DNA from: Verrucomicrobiaceae bacterium
GTDB lineage: Bacteria > Verrucomicrobiota > Verrucomicrobiia > Verrucomicrobiales > Akkermansiaceae
Length of the DNA: 64,000 nucleotides
Reading direction: 5' to 3'
NCBI GenBank assembly: GCA_051252135.1
Contig: JBPOGH010000013.1
Location: 32,001-96,000, forward strand
Both the position numbers and the translations under genes were made by a program. Below are positions 21,215 through 30,275 of this stretch, in pieces. The notes beneath the pieces were generated by a model. The model ran no database searches, had not been told where the DNA came from, and saw only the letters and a program-made list of their open reading frames with translations. Position 1 is the stretch's first letter; every line of letters begins with the position of its first letter.

Positions 21215-21907
21215 CTACGATCTCCGGCTCGCCCGCAAAATACAATGCCGCGACCTCTTCGATTTCTCATGCGGCTTCGATGCCAGCTCCTCCACCTCAA
21301 AACCCGCCTTGATAAGAAGCTTCTTAAATTTCGGCGCCGGCTCGGACAACCAATACGCCACACACCCCTGCGGCGTGATCACATTCCTCAGCTTCTGCAA
21401 AAACCCCGGCGTATACAGCCGCGAGTTCCCCTTCGTAATCAAATCATCCGGCGTGTTATCGATATCCAGCAACAAGGCATCATACGCCCCCGCACTCTTC
21501 CCCGACACAATATCGAAAAGATCCCCCTGGATAATCTTCGTCCGTGGATCGTCCAAAAGCGGCCCGTTGTATTCCACCAGAAACGTCTCATTCCACTCGA
21601 TCAGCGGCGGCATCAACTCCGCCACATCCACCGTCGCCGGACTCCCCACCAACTCCAGCGTCCGCTTCAGCGTAAACCCCAACCCCAGTCCCCCGATGAG
21701 AACCTTCGGATGCCCCGGCCGCGTCCCGCTCCCCTTCTCCAATCCCCTCAATCCCACATCCGCCAACATCTGTTCGGAAAAGGTGAGCGCCGTGCTCATC
21801 AGCTCAAAGCCATTGTACTTCAGGTAAATTTTCCCGTCATGCTGATGCAGCGAATAATGCGTCCCATCAGGCATCGTCGATTCCGCAAGCTTCACATAAG
21901 GCTTCAT
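21215..21907 (-). CDS. Spermidine-synthase-like SAM-dependent protein
   Basis: VLIGGLGLGFT, VAEL, YDALLLDIDNTP motifs. Confidence 0.85.
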   Translation of the reverse strand: MKPYVKLAESTMPDGTHYSLHQHDGKIYLKYNGFELMSTALTFSEQMLADVGLRGLEKGSGTRPGHPKVLIGGLGLGFTLKRTLELVGSPATVDVAELMPPLIEWNETFLVEYNGPLLDDPRTKIIQGDLFDIVSGKSAGAYDALLLDIDNTPDDLITKGNSRLYTPGFLQKLRNVITPQGCVAYWLSEPAPKFKKLLIKAGFEVEELASKPHEKSKRSRHCILRASRRS

Positions 21908-21959
21908 AAAAAAGACCATCGACACTTCCCCCAAATCAACAAGCACATATCAGACCCAA

Positions 21960-22425
21960 CCCCAAATCCCCTCCTCCCTTCATCAACCAACCCATTCAAA
22001 TCTCAAATTTCGTGCTCAAATCTCAAATTTCAAATCCCCGCCCCCAACCAAGCCCCCTCAACCCAAAGGAGTCGCTATCAACCAAGCCCCCCAACCAAGC
22101 TTCCACAACCAAGCCCACAACCAAGCCGTTCAAATCTCACCTTTCGTGCTCAAATCTCAAATTTCGAATCCCCTCCCCAACCAAGCGTTCAAATCTCAAA
22201 TTTCGTGTTCAAATCTCAAATCTCAAATCCCCGCCCACAACCAAGCCCACAACCAAGCCCACAACCAAGCCCCCCAACCACGTCCCCAACCAAGCCGTTC
22301 AAATCTCAAATTTCGTGCTCAAATCTCAAATTTCATCATCCTCCCCAACCAAGCGTTCAAATCTCAAATCCTCCCCGCCCACAACCAAGCGTTCAAATCT
22401 CATCCTTCGTGTTCAAATCTCAACC
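21960..22425. repeat. Mosaic tandem-repeat tract built from TCAAATC/TCAAATT heptamers and CCACAACCAAGC-type 12-mers
   Basis: About a dozen CAAATCTCA cores, often as TTCAAATCTCAAATTTCGTG(C/T)TCAAATCTCAAAT, alternating with (C)CAACCAAGC(CCA) runs. Confidence 0.9.
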
Positions 22426-22497
22426 CCCTCTTTCCCCTTCCCTCTCCCTTCTCCAACCCCTAGCTTCCCCCAAGAGATCAATTGATATCTGTTACAA

Positions 22498-22962
22498 ATG
22501 CCTCCTTCTAAAAAATCCGCCAAAAAGAAGGCCGAATACATCATGGCCAATCCTCCCTTCAATTTGAAGGACTGGCGCGCCGCCGACACTGCCATGCGCG
22601 ATAGCGCAAATCTGGAAACCACGGCTAATCCGCAGGTCGTGAGCGAAGCGAAGGACAACCTCGTCCACGACGGACGCTGGAAAGGCTACGACACCCCGCC
22701 CATCGGCAATGCCAACTACGCCTGGATTCTCCACATGGTCTCCAAGCTCTCTGACTGGAGCGGAGCGACAGAACCGGAGCGAAGCGGAGATAGCCGGAGG
22801 CAAACAACCCGCCAGGGTTGCCCGAAGGGTGAGCGCGGCGGCGCTCATCAACACGGCATGGCCGGCTTCGTTCTCGCCAACGGCTCCATGTCCACCAACA
22901 CCAAGGGCGAAGGCGAGGAAATCATCATAGCTTTTCCTGATCAAACCGAAGAAGCCGCATGA
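22498..22962 (+). pseudogene. hsdM: Type I R-M methyltransferase (HsdM) internal fragment carrying two in-frame insertions
   Basis: EYIMANPPFNLKDWR (motif IV), GYDTPPIGNANYAWILHMVSKLS and GMAGFVLANGSMSTNTKGEGE are present; the N- and C-terminal halves are missing. Confidence 0.88.
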
Positions 22963-23198
22963 TCGTCCCCACCCCACATGCGACCGAAGAACCGGAGGCT
23001 CCGAGAGATCTGCGTGCAGAACTGTTTGAGAACCTCTCAACCCATTTTGGCGCAACCCTTGAAGCCAATGGATCACTTCCTATCGCTGCTCAGCAAGCAC
23101 TGGTAGAGCTTCTTGATCTTGATGCGCCTACCGCAGCCCAGATCATTGCAGCGGCATCGAAAGACGAACCTGACGAAGAGGAGGTTCCCAATGAGTGA
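22959..23198 (+). CDS. Small acidic hypothetical protein (79 aa), coupled to the downstream ATPase
   Basis: ATGA overlap with the upstream ORF; overlaps the ATPase start by 8 nt; GAGGAGG RBS for the ATPase lies in its 3' end. Confidence 0.6.
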   Translation: MIVPTPHATEEPEAPRDLRAELFENLSTHFGATLEANGSLPIAAQQALVELLDLDAPTAAQIIAAASKDEPDEEEVPNE

Positions 23199-25554
23199 AA
23201 GCGTCCGCCAGATCAAGTTCGAGCACTTCCGAGGGTTGCCGGCGAACGATTTCAAACTCCGAGGCAAGAGTCTCGTGATTCTTGGAACGAACGGCAAAGG
23301 AAAGAGCGCAGTTGTTGACGGGATCGAGTTCGTGTTCTCGGGCCAAGTGGCACGATTCACCGGAGCTGGGACAGGTAGCATATCGCACAACGATGCGGTG
23401 AAAAATGTCAAAACCGGTGGCGACCCGAAAGTAACCCTCGCGCTTAGTCCGTCGAACGGCGAAATCTCCCGCAGACTCTCCTCCGACGCTACCGAGGTCA
23501 CCGACAGGCAGCCGGTAAAGGACTTTTACGACCAACATCCGCGGGTTGATGGTTTCGTTCTCCGCCGATCCAAGATTCTGGATTTTGTTTGTGATCAAGA
23601 TGCTGACCGATATCAGAAATTCGTCCAGCTACTGGGGATCACAAAGGTTGATCACCTCCAGCGCGGTTTCGTGGAAGCCGAGCGGCAAGCGAAAACTGGC
23701 GCTGAAAGAGCAACGAGTTCCCATCAAACAAAGCTCGCCGTTTTCAACGATCCTGTAAGTGGATATACTCCGAGTAGCCTCGCTCAGGTCTTCACGCACA
23801 TCTCCGCAACCGTTGAATCCTTTAAACTGGATAAACTCGAAAAGTGGGAGGACCTCGAAGTCCGGCTTCCACTACTTAAAGCCAAGAGGCCGCAGGCGAA
23901 TCGCGAGAAGATCGATGCGATCACCCGCGCCCTCGTCAGCTTTGAGACACCACTGGCCTCTTCGCCGGAAGACGACGTGACGACGGCGAATGAACTGCGG
24001 GCGAAGATCGCTGAGCTAGCTGATTCGTCTGAGGATGCGCCAAGAAGCAGCACAATCGACGAGGGAAGAAGCTATCTTGCGAGTCATCCCGACGAGACAC
24101 ACTGCCCACTTTGCGAAACGCAGTTCAACCAACCACTTGAGACTGTTCTCGCTCGATTGAAGGAGCGGAGCGATGCGTTGCTCGAACTGCGCAATGCGAC
24201 CTCAGATCGTCAGGCAGCCGTGGGACGCGTCAAGCAATATACCGATGACGTTGCGTCCCAGCTCAAGAAGGACCTCCAGCACTCGGAGTTATTCGACGAT
24301 GCAGCAAAAACCGGATTGAGAAACGCTCGAGCAGCGGCACTTCTACTATCTCGCCTCCTCATCCGCGTAATGAAGAATACCTTCATGGGAGACGTGGCGT
24401 TGCCGGACGTATTGCTTTCGATCCCCGAAACTCGAACTGCGCTCGCCGCTTCATTAAAATCGCAGAAGGCTGCACTGGTTCCGCCAGACTCCACAATACT
24501 TGAGTCCGCAATCGCGTTGGTTGAGCGCGGAATCGCTTCTTGGAAAGACATCGAGAAGGCTGAGCAAGCCATTATCAGCTCAAGAGAAGTCCTTCGCCGA
24601 ACGAAAGTGGCGAAAGAGTCTTTTTCCTCGGCACGTGAGAGCGCGGTCCAACAGGTGTTCACGCATATTTCGGGAACTGTTCTGGATTACTACAAGCGCC
24701 TTCATGACTTTGGCGGTGGTGAAGAGTCGTCCGAATGCACTGCGCTTGAACTTAAGCCGACGTCCCGAGCCGCGGCAGGCGGCTTGCAACTAGCCATCCA
24801 GTTCTTGGGCCTTGCGGATTCTAAGGATCCCCGGGCATTCCTCAGCGAGGGGCATTTGGATTCGCTAGGCCTCTGTCTTTTCCTCGCAGCTGTTCGGATC
24901 TTTAACCCGCCGGGATCTTTGCTCGTTCTCGATGACGTGCTTACTAGCATCGACAAAGAGCATCGCCGACGAGTGGGGGAACTTCTGTATTCGGAGTTCC
25001 AAGACTTCCAGATCATTCTCACGACCCATGATGAACACTGGAACGAACTCTTGGTGTCATCGGCTCAGGCCCGTGGCGTCCAGGGGGATTGGCGCTATAT
25101 CAAACTCGAGGGTTGGACCGTTGAGACAGGGCCGGTTTCTTCGGTCGTCGAAGCATCTTGGGACTTTATTGACGAACACTTGACCGAAGAGCACTACCGG
25201 AATCTTGGCGGTCCATTTCGCAGGGTAATCGAAGACTTTCTCAAACGCACTGCTGCCAAGCAAGAGTTGAAGGTCAAATTTAAGCCCGATGGGAGTTACA
25301 CGGGTGGGGACTTCGTCAACGCTGGAATTCGGGACGTCATTCGGGGCGAGTTAATCAGATTGGATGGAGCCAACGAGGCAGACATTCTAACGGATGTTGC
25401 CAAGGTTTTTGGACAGGGCAATCTCATCAATGACCTGAGCCACGACAACCCGGGACGGCTTGAAATCACCTTCGATCAAGCAACCGACTTTGTGGTTGGG
25501 CTGAAGAGCCTCACCAAACGCTGTGAAGACCACAAATTGATAAAAGGACGTTAA
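23191..25554 (+). CDS. Rad50/SMC-like ABC ATPase with zinc hook and HEPN-like C-terminus (RloC-like)
   Basis: Walker A GTNGKGKS; coiled coil with CPLC hook; signature LSEGH; Walker B/D-loop LVLDDVLTSID; H-loop LTTHD; C-terminal FRRVIEDF...LINDLSH. Confidence 0.85.
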   Translation: MSESVRQIKFEHFRGLPANDFKLRGKSLVILGTNGKGKSAVVDGIEFVFSGQVARFTGAGTGSISHNDAVKNVKTGGDPKVTLALSPSNGEISRRLSSDATEVTDRQPVKDFYDQHPRVDGFVLRRSKILDFVCDQDADRYQKFVQLLGITKVDHLQRGFVEAERQAKTGAERATSSHQTKLAVFNDPVSGYTPSSLAQVFTHISATVESFKLDKLEKWEDLEVRLPLLKAKRPQANREKIDAITRALVSFETPLASSPEDDVTTANELRAKIAELADSSEDAPRSSTIDEGRSYLASHPDETHCPLCETQFNQPLETVLARLKERSDALLELRNATSDRQAAVGRVKQYTDDVASQLKKDLQHSELFDDAAKTGLRNARAAALLLSRLLIRVMKNTFMGDVALPDVLLSIPETRTALAASLKSQKAALVPPDSTILESAIALVERGIASWKDIEKAEQAIISSREVLRRTKVAKESFSSARESAVQQVFTHISGTVLDYYKRLHDFGGGEESSECTALELKPTSRAAAGGLQLAIQFLGLADSKDPRAFLSEGHLDSLGLCLFLAAVRIFNPPGSLLVLDDVLTSIDKEHRRRVGELLYSEFQDFQIILTTHDEHWNELLVSSAQARGVQGDWRYIKLEGWTVETGPVSSVVEASWDFIDEHLTEEHYRNLGGPFRRVIEDFLKRTAAKQELKVKFKPDGSYTGGDFVNAGIRDVIRGELIRLDGANEADILTDVAKVFGQGNLINDLSHDNPGRLEITFDQATDFVVGLKSLTKRCEDHKLIKGR

Positions 25555-25557
25555 CCC

Positions 25558-25660
25558 ATGCCCAAATCCGGAGAACACAAAACCGTCCAAGCCCGGATCC
25601 TCGAATACACCGAGGCCATCGGTTGGACGATTGTGTCCCGCGAGGAAGCCGAGCAGCGGC
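25558..25660 (+). pseudogene. hsdR: HsdR 5' stub (family A)
   Basis: MPKSGEHKTVQARILEYTEAIGWTIVSREEAEQRR is recognised as a type I HsdR N-terminus; similarity is lost after ~35 codons. Confidence 0.75.
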
Positions 25661-25769
25661 GATTGGTTTGGCCCGGCCCGCGCCACACGGTTCATTCGCT
25701 CGTCAACTGCAGATTACTTCATGGCACTATGAACGCGGCAGGCCGCAGCCAAGAATTGGAGGTGTGCAA

Positions 25770-28010
25770 ATGAGCGAGTCAGACAAAGAGATCGTGCCGC
25801 TCCCTCCCAATCTCAAACGGTTGTATACACCCAAACACGAGGTGACAAAGAGTTACGTAGTTGGGATGACGGCGATTGATGAGAATCGCATCGAGGACGG
25901 AATAGCACTGTTAGAGGCAGAATGTGATGATTCTCCGTGCCGCGGGCTTGCTCTTGGGAATGCAGGTCTTGCGCTCTTGCGCTTGGAAAAGTTTGGACGC
26001 GCCCGCAAGCGCTTACTCGAAGCCGATAATCATTTTGATAAGCACGGCTGTCCCCATCCGCCCTCGTGGGTTCAGTTCGCTCGAAACTACGTTGAGACGA
26101 TTGCATTGAGCCGCCCGCAGGAGGCACTTCAGGAGTTCAATCGCGCAATTGCCACGGCTCGCGAACTGGCGAAAAAGCATGAAAACTTCCGGCAGGACAT
26201 CGAACTGGAAATCGCGCATACATTCAATAGCTGGGGAGGAACATTGATCCGGCTCGAAAGCCCCGATGCCGCGCTCGATTGCTTTCAAAGCGGAAGAGAC
26301 ATTTATCAGCGATACGAATCCGAGAACAAAGCCGGGCTTGCCGAAACCCTTACAAATGTCAGCTTGGCTCTTCGCGGTGTTGGAAAAAAGTATGAAGCCG
26401 CCCTCGCATTGCAAGAGGCCTTAGGCGTAGCGAAGTTGGGCGGCGATCAAGATCAGGTTCGTCGAATTGAGATCGCAACAATACAGTTGGACCCCACGCT
26501 GATTGAGGGTGATCCGCTGAAGCTGCTGGATTATGCTGCAAAGGAAGCAATTGCTGACGGACGGCACTCGACGGGTTACGTGCGCCAGTGCATTCGGGCG
26601 ACCGTTGCAGAATCCCTTGGAAAGGCCTCCGGCGGCCTAGCTGCGTGTGAGGACGCGCGCGCAATTGAGGATCTGCTTGATTCGGGTGATTCCACTCCGG
26701 CAAACATGCGGCTCGTTCTCGCTCGTTTGCGGGGCGCAGCCGGGCGGCCAGCAAGTGAAGTCTTGGAAGCGCTTTTCGAAGGGGCGCGGCTGTGGTGGGA
26801 TGTTCTGCGGCAACCGCAATTGACAGCTGACGTGCTAGTGAAAACACAGTCGATGCACGATCATTTCCGGCTTCTCACACGGAAGCTTCTTAATGAAGGA
26901 AAAAATGATGAAGCGTGCATGGCATTTGAAGCTGGCCGTGCGCTTGGATTCGCAATCGAGGTCGATCAGTTCGCGCTTCCAGCTATTCTGGCTCTCGACC
27001 CATTTTCAAGATCGCAACCGTCTTTGGACTGTGCGGGCCTTCAATCAATTCAGGTAGCCCTATGCGAAACCGAGGTCGTCATCTCGATGGCCATTCTTCC
27101 GCCGGACTTTGTTGCATTTGTTGTTCGGAAGGAGTCAGTTACAGTGATTGCGCATCGACTACCCGACGACAATGACTGCCGTCTGCTCTTCGACTCAATT
27201 CGGAGGATCCCTCGGCGGCTTCACAAGAAGGAAGGAATTGGTGCAGTCCCTCTGGTAATTCAAGAGTTTGGCCAGAAAATTTTCAACGAGATTGGGGCAA
27301 GTAGTGTGGTGTCGATTCTTCCCAATTCGATTTTGCATGGAGTGCCTTGGCGTGCCCTTTTGCGATCGTTCGGGATGAATTGGAGCCAGCTTTCAGCGGT
27401 GACCGGATTCGGAATGCTTTTAGCAAGGCCGAAGCTTACTGTGGTTCAGGGAGATACTATTGCGTTGGGGCATGGCACCGCTGGTTCGATCAATTTGAAC
27501 CAAGAAGCTCGTAATTTCGCCAATGTGTTTGGAGATCATGGATCGGTGATGGAGAACGCCACCTCCTCTCACATACGAAGTACATTAAGTCGATGTGGTA
27601 TAGTTCTCATCTCCTGCCATGGCAGACAGAGAGAGGATCTGAATAGCGGTATCTTCCACCTCTACCTTTCGTTGGGTGACGGCGATAAGTCCGCTGACGA
27701 GGTCTGGCCGGATGTTGTCGTTTCTAATCTTGTTGTGTTGTCAGCTTGTGATTCGGGAGTCTACGAAGTTGCTTGGGGGGACTACCCTCTAGGCTCAGGT
27801 CCCGATCTGCTCCGGAAAGGCGCAAAACTCTGCTTGGCGACTCGCTTTCCAGTTGATGCGCAGTTCGCGGCGACTCTGATGCAGGAATTCGCCATACACT
27901 TGGCGTCAGGTGATTCAGTTAATTCTTCGCTGAGCAAGGCATTGGATACAGTTGAAAATGGTGGCGCTGATTTCTGGAATGATATCGCCTGCTTCGAATT
28001 AATTGGCTGA
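25770..28010 (+). CDS. TPR + CHAT (caspase/HetF-like) protease
   Basis: GGAGGTG RBS before ATG 25770; helical TPR-like N-terminus (AHTFNSWGGTL, AETLTNVSLAL); LHGVPWRAL; catalytic ISCHG and VVLSACDSG; terminal FWNDIACFELIG. Confidence 0.88.
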   Translation: MSESDKEIVPLPPNLKRLYTPKHEVTKSYVVGMTAIDENRIEDGIALLEAECDDSPCRGLALGNAGLALLRLEKFGRARKRLLEADNHFDKHGCPHPPSWVQFARNYVETIALSRPQEALQEFNRAIATARELAKKHENFRQDIELEIAHTFNSWGGTLIRLESPDAALDCFQSGRDIYQRYESENKAGLAETLTNVSLALRGVGKKYEAALALQEALGVAKLGGDQDQVRRIEIATIQLDPTLIEGDPLKLLDYAAKEAIADGRHSTGYVRQCIRATVAESLGKASGGLAACEDARAIEDLLDSGDSTPANMRLVLARLRGAAGRPASEVLEALFEGARLWWDVLRQPQLTADVLVKTQSMHDHFRLLTRKLLNEGKNDEACMAFEAGRALGFAIEVDQFALPAILALDPFSRSQPSLDCAGLQSIQVALCETEVVISMAILPPDFVAFVVRKESVTVIAHRLPDDNDCRLLFDSIRRIPRRLHKKEGIGAVPLVIQEFGQKIFNEIGASSVVSILPNSILHGVPWRALLRSFGMNWSQLSAVTGFGMLLARPKLTVVQGDTIALGHGTAGSINLNQEARNFANVFGDHGSVMENATSSHIRSTLSRCGIVLISCHGRQREDLNSGIFHLYLSLGDGDKSADEVWPDVVVSNLVVLSACDSGVYEVAWGDYPLGSGPDLLRKGAKLCLATRFPVDAQFAATLMQEFAIHLASGDSVNSSLSKALDTVENGGADFWNDIACFELIG

Positions 28011-28032
28011 CCCCCAGCCAAAGATCCCCCCC

Positions 28033-28124
28033 CCGGAGAACACATAACTGTCCAAGCCCGGATCCTCGAATACGCCGAGGCCTGCGGTTGGACGACTGTG
28101 TCCCACGAGAGAGCCGAGCAGTGG
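28033..28124 (+). repeat. Second copy of the hsdR 5' stub (direct repeat of 25568-25659)
   Basis: 92 bp, about 10 mismatches counted by eye; start codon lost. Confidence 0.9.
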
Positions 28125-28169
28125 TGCTGGGGCACTAAACAGGTTCACTGCCACCACACCCTCGAGAAC

Positions 28170-28703
28170 CTCGGCAAGGACGACGAGAAGGCGCTCTACG
28201 ACTTGCTCGGCAACAAGGACGAGCGCAAGAAGTTCGATACCCAGTCTAAGAAGGCGGAATCCAATTTCAAAATCGCCATCGTGGTGGACATGTGGCTGAC
28301 GGGCTTTGATGTGCCATTCCTCGATACCATCTACATCGACAAGCCGGTCCAGCGGCACAATCTGATCCAGACGATCTCGCGGGTGAACCGGAAGTTTGAG
28401 AACAAGAAGAGGGGACTGGTCGTCGACTACATCGGCATCAAGAAGCAGATGAACCTGGCGCTGGCGCATTACTCGAAAGCGGACAGCAGCAACATCGAAG
28501 AGATCGAGGCCTCCATCATCGTGGTGAGAGATCACCTCGACCTGCGCGCCTTCTTCGCAAAACAATAAGCCGCCGACCACATCACCCCGCCGCAATTCGA
28601 GGCGGTCATCAACCGGCTTTCAGCCTACTCCTCCTCCGATCTCTACGAGAGCAGCAAGGCAATCATGAAGCTGGTCTCGGATGGCTTTCTGCTAAAACGG
28701 AAG
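28170..28703 (+). pseudogene. hsdR: Scrambled HsdR fragments (family B): helicase motif V/VI region joined to an N-terminal-domain piece
   Basis: IAIVVDMWLTGFDVPFLDTIYIDKP...LIQTISRVNR is followed in frame by DLRAFFAKQ*AADHITPPQFEAVINRLSAYSSSDLYESSKAIMKLVSDGFLLKR (premature TAA at 28566-28568). Confidence 0.82.
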
Positions 28704-28722
28704 TGCCCACCAAGTTTTTCCA

Positions 28723-28769
28723 TTGCCAAACGTTACACTTAATACACAATGTGTAACATTTTCCGGCAA
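28723..28769. promoter_or_regulatory. Inverted repeat, probable AbiEi autorepression operator
   Basis: TTGCC-AAACGTTACAC ... GTGTAACATTTTCCGGCAA immediately upstream of the abiEi start. Confidence 0.65.
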
Positions 28770-28773
28770 CCCC

Positions 28774-29379
28774 ATGTCGTCCAGTCTCCAAAACAAACTG
28801 AGTTCCCTCGCCTCCGCTCACGAAGTGCTGACGACGGCACAGCTTCTGGATGCCGGCATCTCTGACCGGAGCATCACCCGTCTCGTCGAACAAGGAATCC
28901 TGATACGTGAACGGCGCGGCATCTATCAGCACGCAGATTGCCCCGTGAGCGAAAATCATGACCTCATTCAGGTCACCAAGAGCGCTTCCCGCGCCGTCAT
29001 TGTCCTAATCAGCGCCCTGAGGTTTCACAACATCGGCACCCAACAGCCTTATCAGGTCTGGATTCAACTTCCCGCACAGACCCGGGTCCCGAAGATCGTC
29101 TGGCCCCCAATCCGGGTCATCAGAACACGGCTGAAGGAGCTTCAAACAGTGGGAGTCAAACAACATCACCTCGGCGGCACCGAGGTCTCGATCACAACGC
29201 CCGCACGAACAGTGGCCGATTGCTTCAAACACCGCAACAAGCTCGGCATCGACGTCTGCGTCGAAGCCCTGCGAGAAACTCTGAGAGGAAAAAAGGCGAC
29301 AATTGCAGAGATGAGCGAGATGGGCCGTCTTCTGCGGGTCGGAAAAGTGATGAAACCTTACCTGGAGGCGATGATATGA
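28774..29379 (+). CDS. abiEi: Type IV TA antitoxin, AbiEi family
   Basis: N-terminal wHTH (LVEQGILIRERRGIY), LISALRFH, TTPARTVADCFKHRNKLG. Confidence 0.9.
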   Translation: MSSSLQNKLSSLASAHEVLTTAQLLDAGISDRSITRLVEQGILIRERRGIYQHADCPVSENHDLIQVTKSASRAVIVLISALRFHNIGTQQPYQVWIQLPAQTRVPKIVWPPIRVIRTRLKELQTVGVKQHHLGGTEVSITTPARTVADCFKHRNKLGIDVCVEALRETLRGKKATIAEMSEMGRLLRVGKVMKPYLEAMI

Positions 29380-30275
29380 AGAACGTCGCCGCTTCTGTTC
29401 GCGCCAAACTCCTAAACCTCTCGCGTGCGGAGGGCGTGTCGCTCAGCGCCCTTATGGAGCGTTATGCCACCGGTCGATTCCTCTACCGCCTCGCCCAGAG
29501 CAAGTATCGGGAGCGCTTTGTGCTGAAAGGAGCCCAGCTTTTCCGAATTTGGGAGACGGAGGAGCATCGCCCCACCAGGGATCTGGACCTCCTCGGATTT
29601 GGAGAAGCCACAGAGGAAGCCATTCACCAGATCTTTACCGAGCTAACGCAAATGTCGGTGGAACCGCCAGACGGCCTGGAATGGGGAGCGCTCGCGGTCA
29701 CCCCAATCCGTGACGACCTCACTTACGGTGGCGTCCGCGCCACCCTGCCCGTTCAACTTGCAGGGGCCCGTTTAAGCATCCAGATCGATGTGGGATTCGG
29801 CGATGCCATCACACCGGAAGCGGTGGAAAAAGAATGGCGTGAACTTCTCAATTTTCCCAGCGCCCGCCTCCTCGTCTATCCTCCTGAAACGGTCATCGCC
29901 GAGAAGCTGGAAGCGGCCGTCTCACTCGGCATCGGCAATAGTCGCATGAAGGATTTTTACGATCTTCACTGGCTTCAATCTCATGTGAATTTCAACGGAC
30001 AGACTCTCACCGAAGCCATCACCAATACCTTCGCCCGACGCTCTACCCCAATTCCAGAAAAGGCTCCGATCGCCTTCACTGAAGAATTTGGTTTGGACGA
30101 GGATAAGATGCGTCAATGGGCCGCCTTTATCCAAAAAGGAAAACTGCCAGTGATTGGATTGGCCGAGGCCATCACCGATATCTCAAACTTCCTCCAGCCA
30201 GTCCTCGCGCAGCAAGTGACCAACCACCACTGGACACCCTCCCGACAGTGGAGCGAGCATTCCGAGACCTCATGA
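29376..30275 (+). CDS. abiEii: Type IV TA toxin, AbiEii nucleotidyltransferase
   Basis: MKNVAASVRAKL, FVLKGAQLF, RPTRDLDL, IDVGFGD, ETVIAEKLEA, SRMKDFYD; ATGA overlap with abiEi. Confidence 0.92.
   Translation: MKNVAASVRAKLLNLSRAEGVSLSALMERYATGRFLYRLAQSKYRERFVLKGAQLFRIWETEEHRPTRDLDLLGFGEATEEAIHQIFTELTQMSVEPPDGLEWGALAVTPIRDDLTYGGVRATLPVQLAGARLSIQIDVGFGDAITPEAVEKEWRELLNFPSARLLVYPPETVIAEKLEAAVSLGIGNSRMKDFYDLHWLQSHVNFNGQTLTEAITNTFARRSTPIPEKAPIAFTEEFGLDEDKMRQWAAFIQKGKLPVIGLAEAITDISNFLQPVLAQQVTNHHWTPSRQWSEHSETS

Noticed and set aside
21960..22425. Possible CRISPR array
   Set aside because: There is no constant repeat with unique spacers; the intervening segments are themselves repeats, and no cas genes are present.
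21245..22567. Long + strand ORFs through the repeat tract (440, 157 and 105 aa)
   Set aside because: They are open only because the C/A-rich repeats lack stop codons; the longest is antisense to a real gene.
25558..25773. 71-aa ORF as a functional partner gene of the CHAT protease
   Set aside because: The first half is an hsdR stub and the rest looks like run-on sequence; a function cannot be supported.
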